Both the position numbers and the translations under genes were made by a program. The notes below the pieces were generated by a model that saw only the letters and a list, made by a program, of their open reading frames with translations, was not told the origin of the DNA and did not search any database. Shown in pieces: positions 53,269-64,000 of a DNA stretch of 64,000 nt. This DNA is from Escherichia coli (GTDB taxonomy: Bacteria; Pseudomonadota; Gammaproteobacteria; Enterobacterales; Enterobacteriaceae). The DNA lies in the NCBI RefSeq assembly GCF_003334315.1, contig NZ_QOWR01000001.1. One strand, 5' to 3'. Every line of letters begins with the position of its first letter. Position 1 is the first letter of the stretch.

Positions 53269-54114
53269 TTATTTCTCACTATCGACCAGGCCGCGCACGA
53301 AGGCACGCTGCATCACTAAAACAATCACCACCGGAGGGATAAGCGTTAACAACATCGCCGCCATCACTGAGTTCCATTCCGTGGTGCCTTCGCCTGTAGC
53401 GATCATCCCTTTGATCCCTGCCACGGTGGTGCCGAGATCCACATCGGTAATAATCAACAACGGCCACAAATACTGATTCCAGCCGTAGATAAAGGTGATC
53501 ACAAACAGCGCCGCCAGATTAGTTTTGGAGAGCGGAAAAACGATGTCGCAAAAGAAGCGCATTGGCGATGCGCCGTCGATCCGCGCGGCTTCCACCAGCT
53601 CATCCGGCAGCGTCATAAAGAACTGGCGGAACAGGAAAGTAGCGGTCGCCGAGGCCATCAGCGGCAGCGTTAAACCGGCGTAGCTGTCGAGCATCTGCAG
53701 GTTGGCGATGACTTCCACCGTCGGGAAGATACGTACTTCAACCGGCAGCATCAGGGTGATAAAAATCATCCAGAAGAAGAGGTTACGTAGCGGAAAACGA
53801 AACCAGACAATGGCAAATGCCGAGAGCATCGAGACGGTAATTTTGCCGAGCGTAATGCTGAACGCCATCACAAAGCTGTTAAGCAACATCCGCCAGAACG
53901 GCGCGCTATTCGTGCCTACCCCGTTCACCCAGATGTTGTGGATGTTTTCCAGCAGATGTGTGCCGGGGATGAGCGTCATCGGCGCGGCATAGACGGCCTG
54001 TTTATCCAGCGTCGCCGCGACAAACGCCACGTACAGCGGGAAGAGGATCACCGCGATCCCGAGGATCAGCATGGTATGGCTGAATATCGTCAGCCACGGA
54101 CGGTTCTCAATCAT
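53269..54114 (-). CDS. ugpE: sn-glycerol-3-phosphate ABC transporter permease UgpE
   Basis: 281-aa polytopic [22 protein letters not shown]... Confidence 0.95.
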
Positions 54115-54998
54115 TGGTAACGCACCTTGCTTTCAACATAGCGGAACTGCACCACCGTCAGCACGATGACGAGGAACATCAACACCACCGACTGTGCGGC
54201 AGACGAAGCCAGATCCAGTCCGGTAAAACCTTCGCGGTAGATCTTATAAATCAGCGTCGTGGTGGCCTGAACCGGCCCGCCGGACGTGGCGGCGTCGATC
54301 ACCGGGAAGGTGTCGAAGAAGGCATACACCAGGTTCACTACCAGCAGGAAGAAACTCACCGGGGCGATAAGCGGCAGCGCAATCTTAAAGAAGCGGCGAA
54401 TCGGCCCTGCACCGTCGATGGCTGCGGCTTCGATCAACGAACGGGGAATGGATTGCAGCGCGGCATAGAAGAACAGGAAGTTGTAGCTGATTTGCTTCCA
54501 TACTGAGGCAAACACCACCAGAAACATTGCCTGACCGCTGTTTTGCGCGTGGTTCCAGTCGTAGCCGAACTCCGCGAGAAAATGGGTGATCAGCCCGCGA
54601 CCGGGGTTAAACAGGAAGATCCACAATACGGCGGCAACGGCGGGAGCCACGGCGTAAGGCAGCAACATTAAGGTTTGATAGAAACGGCTGCCGCGCACGA
54701 TGTACTCCACCAGCGCCGCAAAGAACAGCGATACCAGCAAACCGCTGACGGTGACAAAGGTGCTGAATTTTATCGTCGTCCAGAAGGAGTCGAGATAGTA
54801 GCTGTCATGGAACAGCGTGACGAAGTTATCCAGGCCGACAAACTGGCTGGAGAAACCAAACGGATCGACGCTTTGTAGCGAGTACCACAACGCTTCGCCC
54901 GCAGGCCAGATAAAAAAGATAACGGTGATGATGAGCTGCGGCGCGACCAGCAGATAAGGCAGCCAGCGCGAGCGGAACACCGGACGGGATGATGACAT
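54111..54998 (-). CDS. ugpA: sn-glycerol-3-phosphate ABC transporter permease UgpA
   Basis: 295-aa polytopic [28 protein letters not shown]... Confidence 0.95.
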
Positions 54999-55019
54999 TA
55001 CGGTTAATTCCTGAACTGT

Positions 55020-55086
55020 GCCGGATGCGCTTCGCTTATCCGGCCTACACGCGATGCCAGGTCAGATAAGCGAAACGCATCCGACA
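55020..55086. repeat. BIME/REP pair between ugpA and ugpB
   Basis: GCCGGATGCGCTTCGCTTATCCGGCCTAC plus a degenerate inverted copy. Confidence 0.7.
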
Positions 55087-55095
55087 TTACACTGA

Positions 55096-56412
55096 TTAAG
55101 ACTTCGTCGATTTCTCAAAGCGGCGCAGCAACTGATTTCCACGCTCAACGGCGGTATCCAGTGCCTGCTGTGGTGTCTTCTTACCGGTCCACACGCTCTC
55201 CAGCTCTTCATCCACAATCACGCGGATCTGCGGCATGTTGCCCAGACGCAGCCCTTTGGTGAACGGCAACGGCGGCTTATTCAGCATCTGACGCGTCGCG
55301 GTATCCGCCCCTGGGTTTTTCTCATAAAAGCCCTGCTCACGGGTCAGGTCATACGCTGCTTTGGTGATTGGCAGATAACCGGTTTTCTGATGCCACTCGG
55401 CAGCGTTTTCTGGCTTCGCGAGGAAATCGAGGAACTTCGCCACACCGGTATACGTTTCTTTATCTTTACCCTGCATCACCCACAGGCTGGCTCCGCCGAT
55501 AATGGCGTTTTGTGGCGCATCTTTCGCATCGGCGTCGTAAGGCATCATGCCTACGCCGTAGTTGAATTTGGCGTACTCGCGAATGTTGGCAAGAGAACCG
55601 GAAGAGGCGGTGGTCATCGCGCAATCACCGTTATAGAACTTCTCGGTGGATTCATCCTTACGACCGACGTAGCTGAAGTCGCCCTTCTTGTTCATCTCTT
55701 CGAGCATGGCGATGTGTTTCACCTGCTCCGGCTTGTTGAACTCCAGCACCGCGTCCGTGCCGTCAAAGCCGTTGTTTTTGCTGGCAAACGGCAGACCGTT
55801 CCAGGCGCTAAAGTTTTCCAGTTGGATCCAGCCCTGCCAGCCGCTGGCGTAGCCGCACTTCATGCCGGAGGCTTTCAGTTTCGCGGCATAGTCCGCCAGA
55901 TCCTGCCAGGTTTTCGGCGGTTGTTCCGGGTCTAATCCTGCTTTCTTGAAGGCGTCTTTGTTGTAATAGAGAACGGGGGTCGAGCTGTTGAATGGCTGGG
56001 AGAGTAAGTGGCCCGTTTTGCTGTCGGAGTAGTAACCGGAAACCGTCGGCACAAACTGCGACTCATCGAATTGAATCCCCGCCTCTTTAAACACGTCATA
56101 TACCGGTTTAATGGCTTTCGATGCCATCATGGTGGCGGTGCCAACTTCATAAACCTGCAAAATAGCCGGAGCGTTGCCGGTACGAAATGCGGCAATCCCC
56201 GCGCTTAAATTCTGTTCGTAGTTGCCTTTATAGGTCGGTACAATTTTGTAATCCGGATTTTCGGCGTTAAAACGTTGGGCCAGAGAATCCACCTCTTTAC
56301 CCAGTTCCCCTTCCATAGAATGCCAGAACGGAATGGTCGTCACTGCCTGTGCATTCCCCATTAACGCCAGTCCGAGCGCCAGTGCTGAAGCTGTATAATG
56401 TAACGGTTTCAT
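55096..56412 (-). CDS. ugpB: sn-glycerol-3-phosphate periplasmic binding protein UgpB
   Basis: 438-aa ORF with signal peptide [23 protein letters not shown]. Confidence 0.95.
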   Translation of the reverse strand: MKPLHYTASALALGLALMGNAQAVTTIPFWHSMEGELGKEVDSLAQRFNAENPDYKIVPTYKGNYEQNLSAGIAAFRTGNAPAILQVYEVGTATMMASKAIKPVYDVFKEAGIQFDESQFVPTVSGYYSDSKTGHLLSQPFNSSTPVLYYNKDAFKKAGLDPEQPPKTWQDLADYAAKLKASGMKCGYASGWQGWIQLENFSAWNGLPFASKNNGFDGTDAVLEFNKPEQVKHIAMLEEMNKKGDFSYVGRKDESTEKFYNGDCAMTTASSGSLANIREYAKFNYGVGMMPYDADAKDAPQNAIIGGASLWVMQGKDKETYTGVAKFLDFLAKPENAAEWHQKTGYLPITKAAYDLTREQGFYEKNPGADTATRQMLNKPPLPFTKGLRLGNMPQIRVIVDEELESVWTGKKTPQQALDTAVERGNQLLRRFEKSTKS

Positions 56413-56530
56413 CGTTTATCTCTCTTGTTGTACCGAATGCGCGAATTCACGCGTTTTATGCTCGCGGGGTAACATGACATGCTCGAATTACAGAAAAATA
56501 ACTTTTTTGTTACATTTGTAAGATAGTAAG

Positions 56531-56549
56531 GTGTCAGAAAGATGACAAG
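56531..56549 (-). promoter_or_regulatory. Pho-box-like element upstream of ugpB
   Basis: Minus strand reads CTTGTCATCTTTCTGACAC, resembling tandem CTGTCAT pho-box repeats, about 120 nt upstream of ugpB. Confidence 0.5.
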
Positions 56550-56649
56550 GCGGTGACGGCGTGGGTGAGGGAAAATGGGAGATGGGGCACGGATAAGCGG
56601 AAAAATAGAAGGTCTGAATCAAACTCTACAGATTACTCATCGTTTCATG

Positions 56650-56748
56650 CCAGATGCGGCGTAAACGCCTTATCCGGCCTACAAGATCGTGCAAATTCAA
56701 TATATTGCAACTCACCCAGTAGGCCTGATAAGCGCAGCGCATCAGGCA
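56650..56748. repeat. BIME (two REP units plus IHF-like palindrome) between ugpB and livF
   Basis: GCCAGATGCGGCGTAAACGCCTTATCCGGCCTAC ... GCAAATTCAATATATTGCAA ... GTAGGCCTGATAAGCGCAGCGCATCAGGCA. Confidence 0.85.
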
Positions 56749-56808
56749 ATTTTACATTTGTCACCTGTCTCAAAGGAGTCTTTTGACTCCTTATCAATCA
56801 ACGTGTTA

Positions 56809-57522
56809 TTACCCGCCTAAATACGCACTTCTCACTGCTTCGTTCGCCAGCAGCGCGTCGCCGGTATCGGAGAGCACCACATGGCCGTTTTCCAGCACGT
56901 AGCCGCGATCCGCCAGCTTTAGCGCCTGGTTGGCGTTCTGCTCGACGAGGAAGATAGTCATCCCCTGCTCGCGCAGCTGCTCGATGGTGTCGAAAATTTG
57001 CTGGATGATAATCGGCGCAAGACCGAGCGATGGCTCATCAAGTAGCAGCAAACGCGGATTGCTCATCAGCGCGCGACCAATCGCCAGCATCTGCTGTTCA
57101 CCGCCGGACATGGTGCCCGCCCGCTGAACACGGCGCTCATGCAGACGTGGAAACAGTTCATACACCCACTTTATGCGCTCCTGAAACTGGTCACGTTCGG
57201 CAAAGAAGCCGCCCATCGCCAGGTTCTCTTCCACCGTCATCCGCGAGAAGACGCGACGCCCTTCCGGGACAATCGCTACCGCTTCGCGCATGATTTTCGC
57301 CGTCTGCCAGTCGGTAATGTCTTTATCATCAAACACAATTCGCCCGCTGGTGGCGCGCGGATCGCCGCATAACGTACCAAGCAAGGTGGTTTTCCCCGCC
57401 CCGTTCGCGCCAATCAGCGTGACAATCTCGCCCTGATTGATATGCAAGCTCACCTCATGCAGCGCCTGGATTTTGCCGTAGTGGGCGCTGACTTTGTCAA
57501 AGGACAACATGACTTTTTCCAT
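56809..57522 (-). CDS. livF: Branched-chain amino acid ABC transporter ATPase LivF
   Basis: Track ORF 56809..57534; recognised start MEKVMLSFDKVSAHYGK...; Walker A GANGAGKTT. Confidence 0.95.
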   Translation of the reverse strand: MEKVMLSFDKVSAHYGKIQALHEVSLHINQGEIVTLIGANGAGKTTLLGTLCGDPRATSGRIVFDDKDITDWQTAKIMREAVAIVPEGRRVFSRMTVEENLAMGGFFAERDQFQERIKWVYELFPRLHERRVQRAGTMSGGEQQMLAIGRALMSNPRLLLLDEPSLGLAPIIIQQIFDTIEQLREQGMTIFLVEQNANQALKLADRGYVLENGHVVLSDTGDALLANEAVRSAYLGG

Positions 57523-57523
57523 C

Positions 57524-58291
57524 TTATGCCTCACCTAAATAGGCACGGATCACGTCCGGGTTATTACGGATTTGCTCCGGCGTACCGTTTGCCAGTGGCG
57601 TCCCCTGATTGACCACGTAAATTCGGTCTGAAATCCCCATCACCAGCTTCATATCGTGTTCAATCAACAAGATAGTGGTGTTGTGATGATTGCGCAGTTC
57701 GGCAATCAGCTCATCCAGCTCTTTCGTCTCTTTCGGGTTAAGACCTGCCGCCGGTTCGTCGAGCATTAAAATCTCCGGCTGCGTCACCATGCAACGGGCA
57801 ATCTCCAGACGGCGTTGGTCACCATAGGCCAGGTTACTCGCCTGACGGTTGGCGTGTTCCAGCAAACCAATGCGCTCAAGCCAGGTGGCGGCGCGGTCGA
57901 GCGCTTCGCTCTGGGCGCGACGGAAAGAAGGCGTTTTCAACAGGCCAGAGAACAGCCCGGTTTTCAGTTGCTGATGCTGCGCCACCAGCAGGTTTTCAAT
58001 TACCGTCATTTCACGGAACAGACGCACATGCTGGAAGGTGCGCACCACGCCCATGCGGGCAATTTGCTGCCCCGGTAAACCTTCAAGATGCTGATCGCGC
58101 AGTAAAATGGTGCCGCCGGTGGGTTTGTAGAAACCGGTCAGGCAGTTAAAAACCGTGGTTTTTCCGGCACCGTTAGGGCCGATTAACGAGACGATTTCCT
58201 GCGGGTACAGTTCAAGATTGACGTTGTTCACCGCCAGCAGGCCGCCGAAGCGCATCATCAGACCGTTAACAGATAATAATGGCTGACTCAT
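57524..58291 (-). CDS. livG: Branched-chain amino acid ABC transporter ATPase LivG
   Basis: 255-aa [26 protein letters not shown]...; Walker [10 protein letters not shown]. Confidence 0.95.
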   Translation of the reverse strand: MSQPLLSVNGLMMRFGGLLAVNNVNLELYPQEIVSLIGPNGAGKTTVFNCLTGFYKPTGGTILLRDQHLEGLPGQQIARMGVVRTFQHVRLFREMTVIENLLVAQHQQLKTGLFSGLLKTPSFRRAQSEALDRAATWLERIGLLEHANRQASNLAYGDQRRLEIARCMVTQPEILMLDEPAAGLNPKETKELDELIAELRNHHNTTILLIEHDMKLVMGISDRIYVVNQGTPLANGTPEQIRNNPDVIRAYLGEA

Positions 58292-59565
58292 GCCTGCTCT
58301 CCTTTCGCTGCGCCGTTTTTCAGCTTCAGTTGCGGGCGCGTCATGGGCAGCAAGCCCTGCGGACGCCAGATCATCATCAGCACCATCAAACCACCGAGCA
58401 TTAACATGCTGTATTCGTTGAAATCACGCATCAATTCGCGCGACACCACCAGCAAAATTGCCGCCAGAATCACCGCAAATTGCGAGCCCATACCGCCGAG
58501 CACCACTATCGCCAGCACAAACGCCGATTCGGCAAAGGTGAAGGATTCCGGGCTGACAAAGCCCTGACGCGCCGCAAACAGCGTTCCGGCAAAACCGGCA
58601 AACGCGGCGCTGATGGTAAAGGCGGTCAGCTTGATACGACGCGGGCTTAAGCCCAGCGAACGGCAGGCAATTTCATCTTCACGCAATGCTTCCCACGCAC
58701 GCCCCAGCGGCATCCGCAGCAGGCGGTTAATGACAAACAGGCTTAGCACCACCAGCAGCAACGCCACCAGATACAGGAAAATGACGCGATCGGAGGGATC
58801 GTATTTCAGGCCAAAGAAATTACTGAACGTGTCCCAGCCGCCTTCACGAGCGGTACGGCTGAACTCAAGGCCGAAGAAAGTCGGTTTCGGGATCTGACTG
58901 ATTCCGTTCGGGCCGCCGGTAATTTCGGTGTTATTGAGCAGCAATATGCGCACAATTTCGCCGAAGCCAAGGGTAACGATCGCCAGATAATCACCACGAA
59001 GACGCAGCACCGGAAAGCCGAGCAGGAAGCCCGCCGCCGCTGCCATTAACCCGGCAATCGGCAGACAAGTCCAGAAGCCCAAGCCGTAATAGTGATTGAG
59101 CAGCGCAAAGGTGTAAGCGCCGATGGCGTAAAAACCACCGTACCCCAGCACCAGCAGACCAGAAAGACCAACAACCACATTCAGCCCGAGACCGAGGATA
59201 ATGTAGATCATGGTCAGAGTGGCGATATCCACCGTCCCACGTGACACCATAAACGGCCACGCCACCGCAAGCACCAGCAGCGCCACGAGGAACAGTTTCT
59301 GCTTCACCGTGGAGCCATCAATGGCGGGCAGAATAAACTTCGGTCCGGAAACACTTTTCAACCCTTTCTGGAAAGCAGGTCGCAAAAGCTGAAAGAAAAA
59401 GACCACCGCCGTGCCGATAAACACCCACTGCCAACGGACATCCGAAGCGCTGTCGACCACCAGTTTGGTGCCATCCAGCTCCAGTTGCACGCCCATAAAG
59501 ACGCCAGCGAGGACAAAGAACATCGCGGCAGAGAGCAGCGCCATTGCAATATGCATCGGTTTCAT
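58288..59565 (-). CDS. livM: Branched-chain amino acid ABC transporter permease LivM
   Basis: 425-aa polytopic ORF; 4-nt overlap with livG. Confidence 0.95.
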   Translation of the reverse strand: MKPMHIAMALLSAAMFFVLAGVFMGVQLELDGTKLVVDSASDVRWQWVFIGTAVVFFFQLLRPAFQKGLKSVSGPKFILPAIDGSTVKQKLFLVALLVLAVAWPFMVSRGTVDIATLTMIYIILGLGLNVVVGLSGLLVLGYGGFYAIGAYTFALLNHYYGLGFWTCLPIAGLMAAAAGFLLGFPVLRLRGDYLAIVTLGFGEIVRILLLNNTEITGGPNGISQIPKPTFFGLEFSRTAREGGWDTFSNFFGLKYDPSDRVIFLYLVALLLVVLSLFVINRLLRMPLGRAWEALREDEIACRSLGLSPRRIKLTAFTISAAFAGFAGTLFAARQGFVSPESFTFAESAFVLAIVVLGGMGSQFAVILAAILLVVSRELMRDFNEYSMLMLGGLMVLMMIWRPQGLLPMTRPQLKLKNGAAKGEQA

Positions 59566-60488
59566 ACTTTCTCTACCTCCGGGCGACCCAGAATACCGGT
59601 CGGCATCACCAGCAGCACCAGAATCAGCAGGGCAAATGAAACCACATCCTTATATTCCGTACTCAGATAGGCAGAAGAGAGCGCCTCCGCAATCCCCAAG
59701 ATCAGCCCGCCAATCATCGCCCCTGGAATGCTGCCAATCCCACCGAGCACCGCAGCGGTAAAGGCTTTCATCCCGGCCATAAAGCCGATATAGGGGTTAA
59801 TGACGCCATAGAACTGACCGAGCAGTACGCCAGCCACTGCCGCCATCGCCGCGCCAATAACAAAGGTCAAAGCAATCACCCGGTCGGTGTTGATGCCAAG
59901 CAGGCTCGCCATTTTCAGATCTTCCGCGCAGGCACGACAGGCGCGCCCCATACGGGAATAGCGAATGAAAATCGTCAGCGCCAGCATGGCGAGGAAGGTG
60001 ACAATCCAGATCACCGCCTGCATGGTGGTAATAGAGGCAGAGAAGTTTTCGCTATGGCCCACCACCCACTGACCGTTAAACAGGCTGGGCAGCGCCACAT
60101 CGCGCGAACCTTCGGTCAGGCTGACGTAGTTTTGCAGGAAGATGGACATACCGATTGCGGAAATAAGCGCAATCAGGCGCTTAGAATTACGCACCGGGCG
60201 GTAAGCCACCCGTTCGATACTCCAGCCGTAGGCGCTGGCAATGACGATTGCGCCGACGAATCCCGCCGCCACCAGCAGCCAGCCGGTATCAATGCCCATC
60301 ATCATCAGCGCGGCGATGATCATAAATGAGACGTAGCTGCCAATCATATAAACCTCGCCGTGGGCGAAGTTGATCATGCCGATAATGCCGTAAACCATGG
60401 TGTAGCCGATGGCTATCAGCGCGTAGGTACTGCCCAGCGTGACGCCGTTAAACATCTGCTGCAAGAAATACAAAAACTGCTCAGACAT
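59562..60488 (-). CDS. livH: Branched-chain amino acid ABC transporter permease LivH
   Basis: 308-aa polytopic [31 protein letters not shown]... Confidence 0.95.
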   Translation of the reverse strand: MSEQFLYFLQQMFNGVTLGSTYALIAIGYTMVYGIIGMINFAHGEVYMIGSYVSFMIIAALMMMGIDTGWLLVAAGFVGAIVIASAYGWSIERVAYRPVRNSKRLIALISAIGMSIFLQNYVSLTEGSRDVALPSLFNGQWVVGHSENFSASITTMQAVIWIVTFLAMLALTIFIRYSRMGRACRACAEDLKMASLLGINTDRVIALTFVIGAAMAAVAGVLLGQFYGVINPYIGFMAGMKAFTAAVLGGIGSIPGAMIGGLILGIAEALSSAYLSTEYKDVVSFALLILVLLVMPTGILGRPEVEKV

Positions 60489-60535
60489 AAGGTAACCTTT
60501 CTAAACCCGCCCGCATTTTACGGGCGGTGGGATGA

Positions 60536-61645
60536 TCACTTGGCTGCCGTGGATGAACCGTCGGCGTGCCACTGGAAGACACCAAAATCAAATCCCTTAA
60601 GATCGCCTTTTTCATCCCAGTTCAGCGGCCCAATCACGGTGTTTGCACCGTTAGCTTTTAAATCTTTCACCAGCGCCAGCGGCTCATCGCTGCCAGTACG
60701 CTCAAGGGCAGTCGCCAGAGATTGCACCGCCGCGTAGGTGATCCAGACATAAGGCCCGGACGGATCTTTCTTGTCTGCTTTCAGCGCATCAACGATGCCC
60801 TGGTTTGCCGGATCCTGGTCATAGCGTTTTGGCATAGTGACCAACATGCCTTCGGCAGCATCACCGGCAATATTCGACAATGATGCGTTACCCACACCTT
60901 CCGGCCCCATAAACTGAGTTTTCAGGCCAACGGAACGGGCCTGGCGCAGCATCTGCCCCATTTCCGGGTAGTAACCGCCGTAGTAAACGAAGTCGATGTT
61001 TTCTTTTTTCAGGCGGGCGATCAGCGCGGAGAAATCTTTCTCCCCGGCGGTAATGCCGTCGAAGAAGACGACGTTGGCGTTAGCCGCTTTCAGCCCGTCC
61101 TGCACCGAACGCGCCAGCCCTTCGCCATACTGTTGTTTGTCGTGAATGATGGCGATGCGCTGGGGCTTCACCGTCTCAAGAATGTATTTTGCCGCCGTTG
61201 GCCCCTGGGAAGAGTCCAGCCCGGCAGTACGCATGATGTGTTGATAACCGCGTTGGGTCAGTTCCGGATTGGTCGCTCCCGGCGAGATCATCAGAATACC
61301 TTCATCTTCATAGATATCTGACGCAGGTTGAGTAGAAGAAGAACACAGATGACCAATAACGTATTTAATGCCGTCATTAACGATTTTGTTGGCGACCGCA
61401 ACGGCTTGTTTCGGGTCGCAGGCGTCGTCATATTCCACGCCAACCAGCTTATCGCCCTTAATTCCCCCTTTGGCATTAATGTCTTTAATTGCCTGACGCG
61501 CGCCGTTAAATTCCATATCGCCCCACTGGGCAATCGGGCCGGACATCGCGCCGACAACGGCGACTTTAATATCGTCAGCCATAGCGGTGTGTGAAATTGC
61601 CAGTGCAATCATCCCTGCGATGATAGTTTTCGCATTCCGTTTCAT
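60536..61645 (-). CDS. livK: Leucine-specific periplasmic binding protein LivK
   Basis: Track ORF 60536..61699; recognised start [23 protein letters not shown] (signal peptide). Confidence 0.95.
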
Positions 61646-62068
61646 AGTCAAAAATCCCCATTCGTGATGTTGTGTTGCTTTGTTTTTATGTGTTAACAAA
61701 TCAGACTGTTCTTTTTTTATACTGCACTGTTTTTGCCTGTTTGATTAAGGGTTTAGCGCAGTATTTTGTGATAATAGCGATTAAAATCCCTATTTTTCAG
61801 TCGATTAAGAACAGATAATATTCTGAATTTATTGATAGATAAACAGAAAAAAGCGCCGTTGTCAGCATAAAATAACGGCACAAAGGGCGGAATAATTCAC
61901 TACCATTCAGGGGATTATGCTGGATATTTTTCATTCTCTAATGTTTTAACTTTGTAATTATTGCTGTTAAAAAATTAATCACCTGCCAAAAGAAATAAAA
62001 AAGAGAAAGCCTCCGATTAAATTATTTCGCTACACTGGTTCCACTTTTGTGATTTACACGGGTTACCC

Positions 62069-62452
62069 ATGAAGCTGACCATCATTCGATTAGAAAACTT
62101 TAGCGACCAGGACCGGATTGACCTGCAAAAGATCTGGCCGGAGTATTCCCCTTCCTCTTTACAGGTTGACGATAACCACCGTATCTACGCCGCGCGTTTT
62201 AACGAGCGTCTGCTTGCGGCCGTGCGGGTAACCTTAAGCGGCACCGAGGGAGCACTGGATTCTCTACGCGTGCGGGAAGTCACCCGCCGTCGCGGTGTGG
62301 GGCAATATCTGCTGGAAGAGGTTTTGCGTAACAATCCTGGCGTTTCATGCTGGTGGATGGCGGATGCAGGCGTGGAAGATCGCGGTGCGATGACGGCGTT
62401 TATGCAGGCACTGGGATTTACGGCACAACAGGGCGGCTGGGAGAAGCGTTAA
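62069..62452 (+). CDS. panM: PanD maturation factor PanM/PanZ (GNAT-like)
   Basis: 127-aa ORF MKLTIIRLENFSDQDRIDLQKIWPEYSPSS... Confidence 0.9.
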   Translation: MKLTIIRLENFSDQDRIDLQKIWPEYSPSSLQVDDNHRIYAARFNERLLAAVRVTLSGTEGALDSLRVREVTRRRGVGQYLLEEVLRNNPGVSCWWMADAGVEDRGAMTAFMQALGFTAQQGGWEKR

Positions 62453-62493
62453 TCGTCAAGTTTGATTTCAAAAGTGATGACCAACGAGAAATT

Positions 62494-62593
<100 letters not shown>

Positions 62594-62651
62594 TGAAGCA
62601 ACGTACTCGATATTAGCAATTTGGCGGCAACCCAAAGATGCCGATTAATGA

Positions 62652-63755
62652 TTACTTCGCATCGGTCGCCGTGCCGTTGGCGTGCCAGTCAAATACACCG
62701 AACTCAAAGCCTTTCAGGTCGCCTTTCTCATCCCACGTCAGCGGTCCCATTACGGTATCCACGGAGTTCGCTTTCAGGTATTTGGCGATTTCAGCCGGAT
62801 CGTCAGACTGATTCAGGCCCGCCTGCAAAGATTGCAGCGCGGCGTAGGTGGTCCAAACGAATGCGCCGCTTGGGTCCTGTTTTTTCGCTTTGATCGCATC
62901 AACAATGGGTTTGTTCGCCGGAACCTGATCGTAGTTCTTCGGCTTGGTCACCAGCAGCCCTTCCGCTGATTCGCCCGCAATGTTAGACAGCGAAACGTTA
63001 GCCACACCTTCCGGCCCCATAAACTGAGTTTTCAGCCCTGCCGCGCGTGCCTGACGCAGGATTTGCCCCATTTCCGGGTGATAACCGCCGTAGTAAACGA
63101 AGTCGATATTCTCTTTTTTCAGACGCGCCACCAGCGTTGAGAAATCTTTTTCCCCGGCGGTGATACCATCAAAGAACACCACGTTAGCATTGCCTTTCTT
63201 CAGGCCGTCCTGCACCGCTCGCGCCAGACCTTCGCCGTATTGCTGTTTGTCGTGAACGATAGCAATACGCTGCGGTTTCACTTTCTCAAGAATATATTTC
63301 GCCGCCGTCGGCCCCTGGTCGGAGTCCAGGCCGGTGGTGCGCAGGATCAGCTGATAGCTACGGGCGGTCAGCTCCGGCGCGGTTGCCGCTGGGGTGATCA
63401 TTAAAATGCCTTCGTCTTCGTAGATATCAGACGCAGGCTGCGTTGATGAAGAACAGAGGTGACCAATCACGTATTTAATGCCGTCGTTAACGACTTTGTT
63501 CGCCACCGCAACCGCCTGTTTCGGGTCACAGGCATCGTCATATTTTACGATTTGCAGTTTGTTGCCTTTAATGCCGCCTTTAGCGTTGATATCCGCAACC
63601 GCCTGCTCTGCGCCGGTAAACTCCTGGTCACCGTACTGGGCCACCGGACCGGACATTGCGCCCACGACCGCGACTTTAATATCTTCTGCCAGAGCCATAT
63701 TGCTGAATGCCAGCGCGATACATCCTGCCAGTAACGCTTTACCCTTTATGTTCAT
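62652..63755 (-). CDS. livJ: Leu/Ile/Val periplasmic binding protein LivJ
   Basis: Track ORF 62652..63812; recognised start [23 protein letters not shown]; close paralog of livK. Confidence 0.95.
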   Translation of the reverse strand: MNIKGKALLAGCIALAFSNMALAEDIKVAVVGAMSGPVAQYGDQEFTGAEQAVADINAKGGIKGNKLQIVKYDDACDPKQAVAVANKVVNDGIKYVIGHLCSSSTQPASDIYEDEGILMITPAATAPELTARSYQLILRTTGLDSDQGPTAAKYILEKVKPQRIAIVHDKQQYGEGLARAVQDGLKKGNANVVFFDGITAGEKDFSTLVARLKKENIDFVYYGGYHPEMGQILRQARAAGLKTQFMGPEGVANVSLSNIAGESAEGLLVTKPKNYDQVPANKPIVDAIKAKKQDPSGAFVWTTYAALQSLQAGLNQSDDPAEIAKYLKANSVDTVMGPLTWDEKGDLKGFEFGVFDWHANGTATDAK

Positions 63756-63967
63756 CCTGAGAATCCCCATTCTTCTGGTTATTACGTGTGTTGTGATGTT
63801 GTTGTTCAGCACTTTATTTCGTTTTATGCATGACTACCCGTGCTTTAGCAGCATACTCTGCTAAAACATACCCGATTTTTATGATATTGGAATAGCTATT
63901 TTGACAGTTTATTAACAATCTGCGTGGGGATTGGCGTTTTGCCGGAGGGGAAATTGATTATTACAGA

Positions 63968-64000
63968 GGCCCAAAAAACAAAAACCCCGGACTCGCATCC
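63968..64000 (-). terminator. Partial terminator at window end (gene beyond window on minus strand)
   Basis: Minus strand reads GGATGCGAGTCCGGGGTTTTTGTTTTTTGGG; GC-rich arm and T-runs, stem probably continues past 64000. Confidence 0.3.

Overview
This window reads as a contiguous stretch of an Escherichia coli (K-12-like) chromosome, recognised from the translated ORFs alone; no database search or alignment was run. Gene order is envZ(partial)-ompR, greB, tex(yhgF), feoABC, rpnA(yhgA), bioH, gntX, nfuA, gntT, malQ-malP / malT, rtcA-rtcB / rtcR, glpR-glpG-glpE / glpD, yzgL, glgP-glgA-glgC-glgX-glgB, asd, yhgN, gntU-gntK-gntR, yhhW, yhhX, the sRNA ryhB, yhhY, an AT-rich islet (yhhZ-yrhA-small ORF-yrhB), ggt, yhhA, ugpQ-C-E-A-B, livF-G-M-H-K, panM and livJ. 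Almost all of it is ordinary core metabolism and transport. The one accessory-looking segment, and the best candidate for something under-described, is the AT-rich islet at about 46.5-49.2 kb: an Hcp-like protein with a C-terminal HNH-type nuclease motif (yhhZ), start-stop coupled to a putative SUKH-like immunity gene (yrhA), followed by two small possible orphan cassettes, with no IS element in the islet. Second in interest is the rtcBA RNA-repair operon with its sigma-54 promoter and RtcR activator. No CRISPR array, tRNA, rRNA, prophage or intact IS element was seen. CDS coordinates come from the supplied ORF track, with starts trimmed to the recognised N-termini; coordinates of hand-read sites (operators, hairpins, REP elements, ryhB) are approximate to a few nt.
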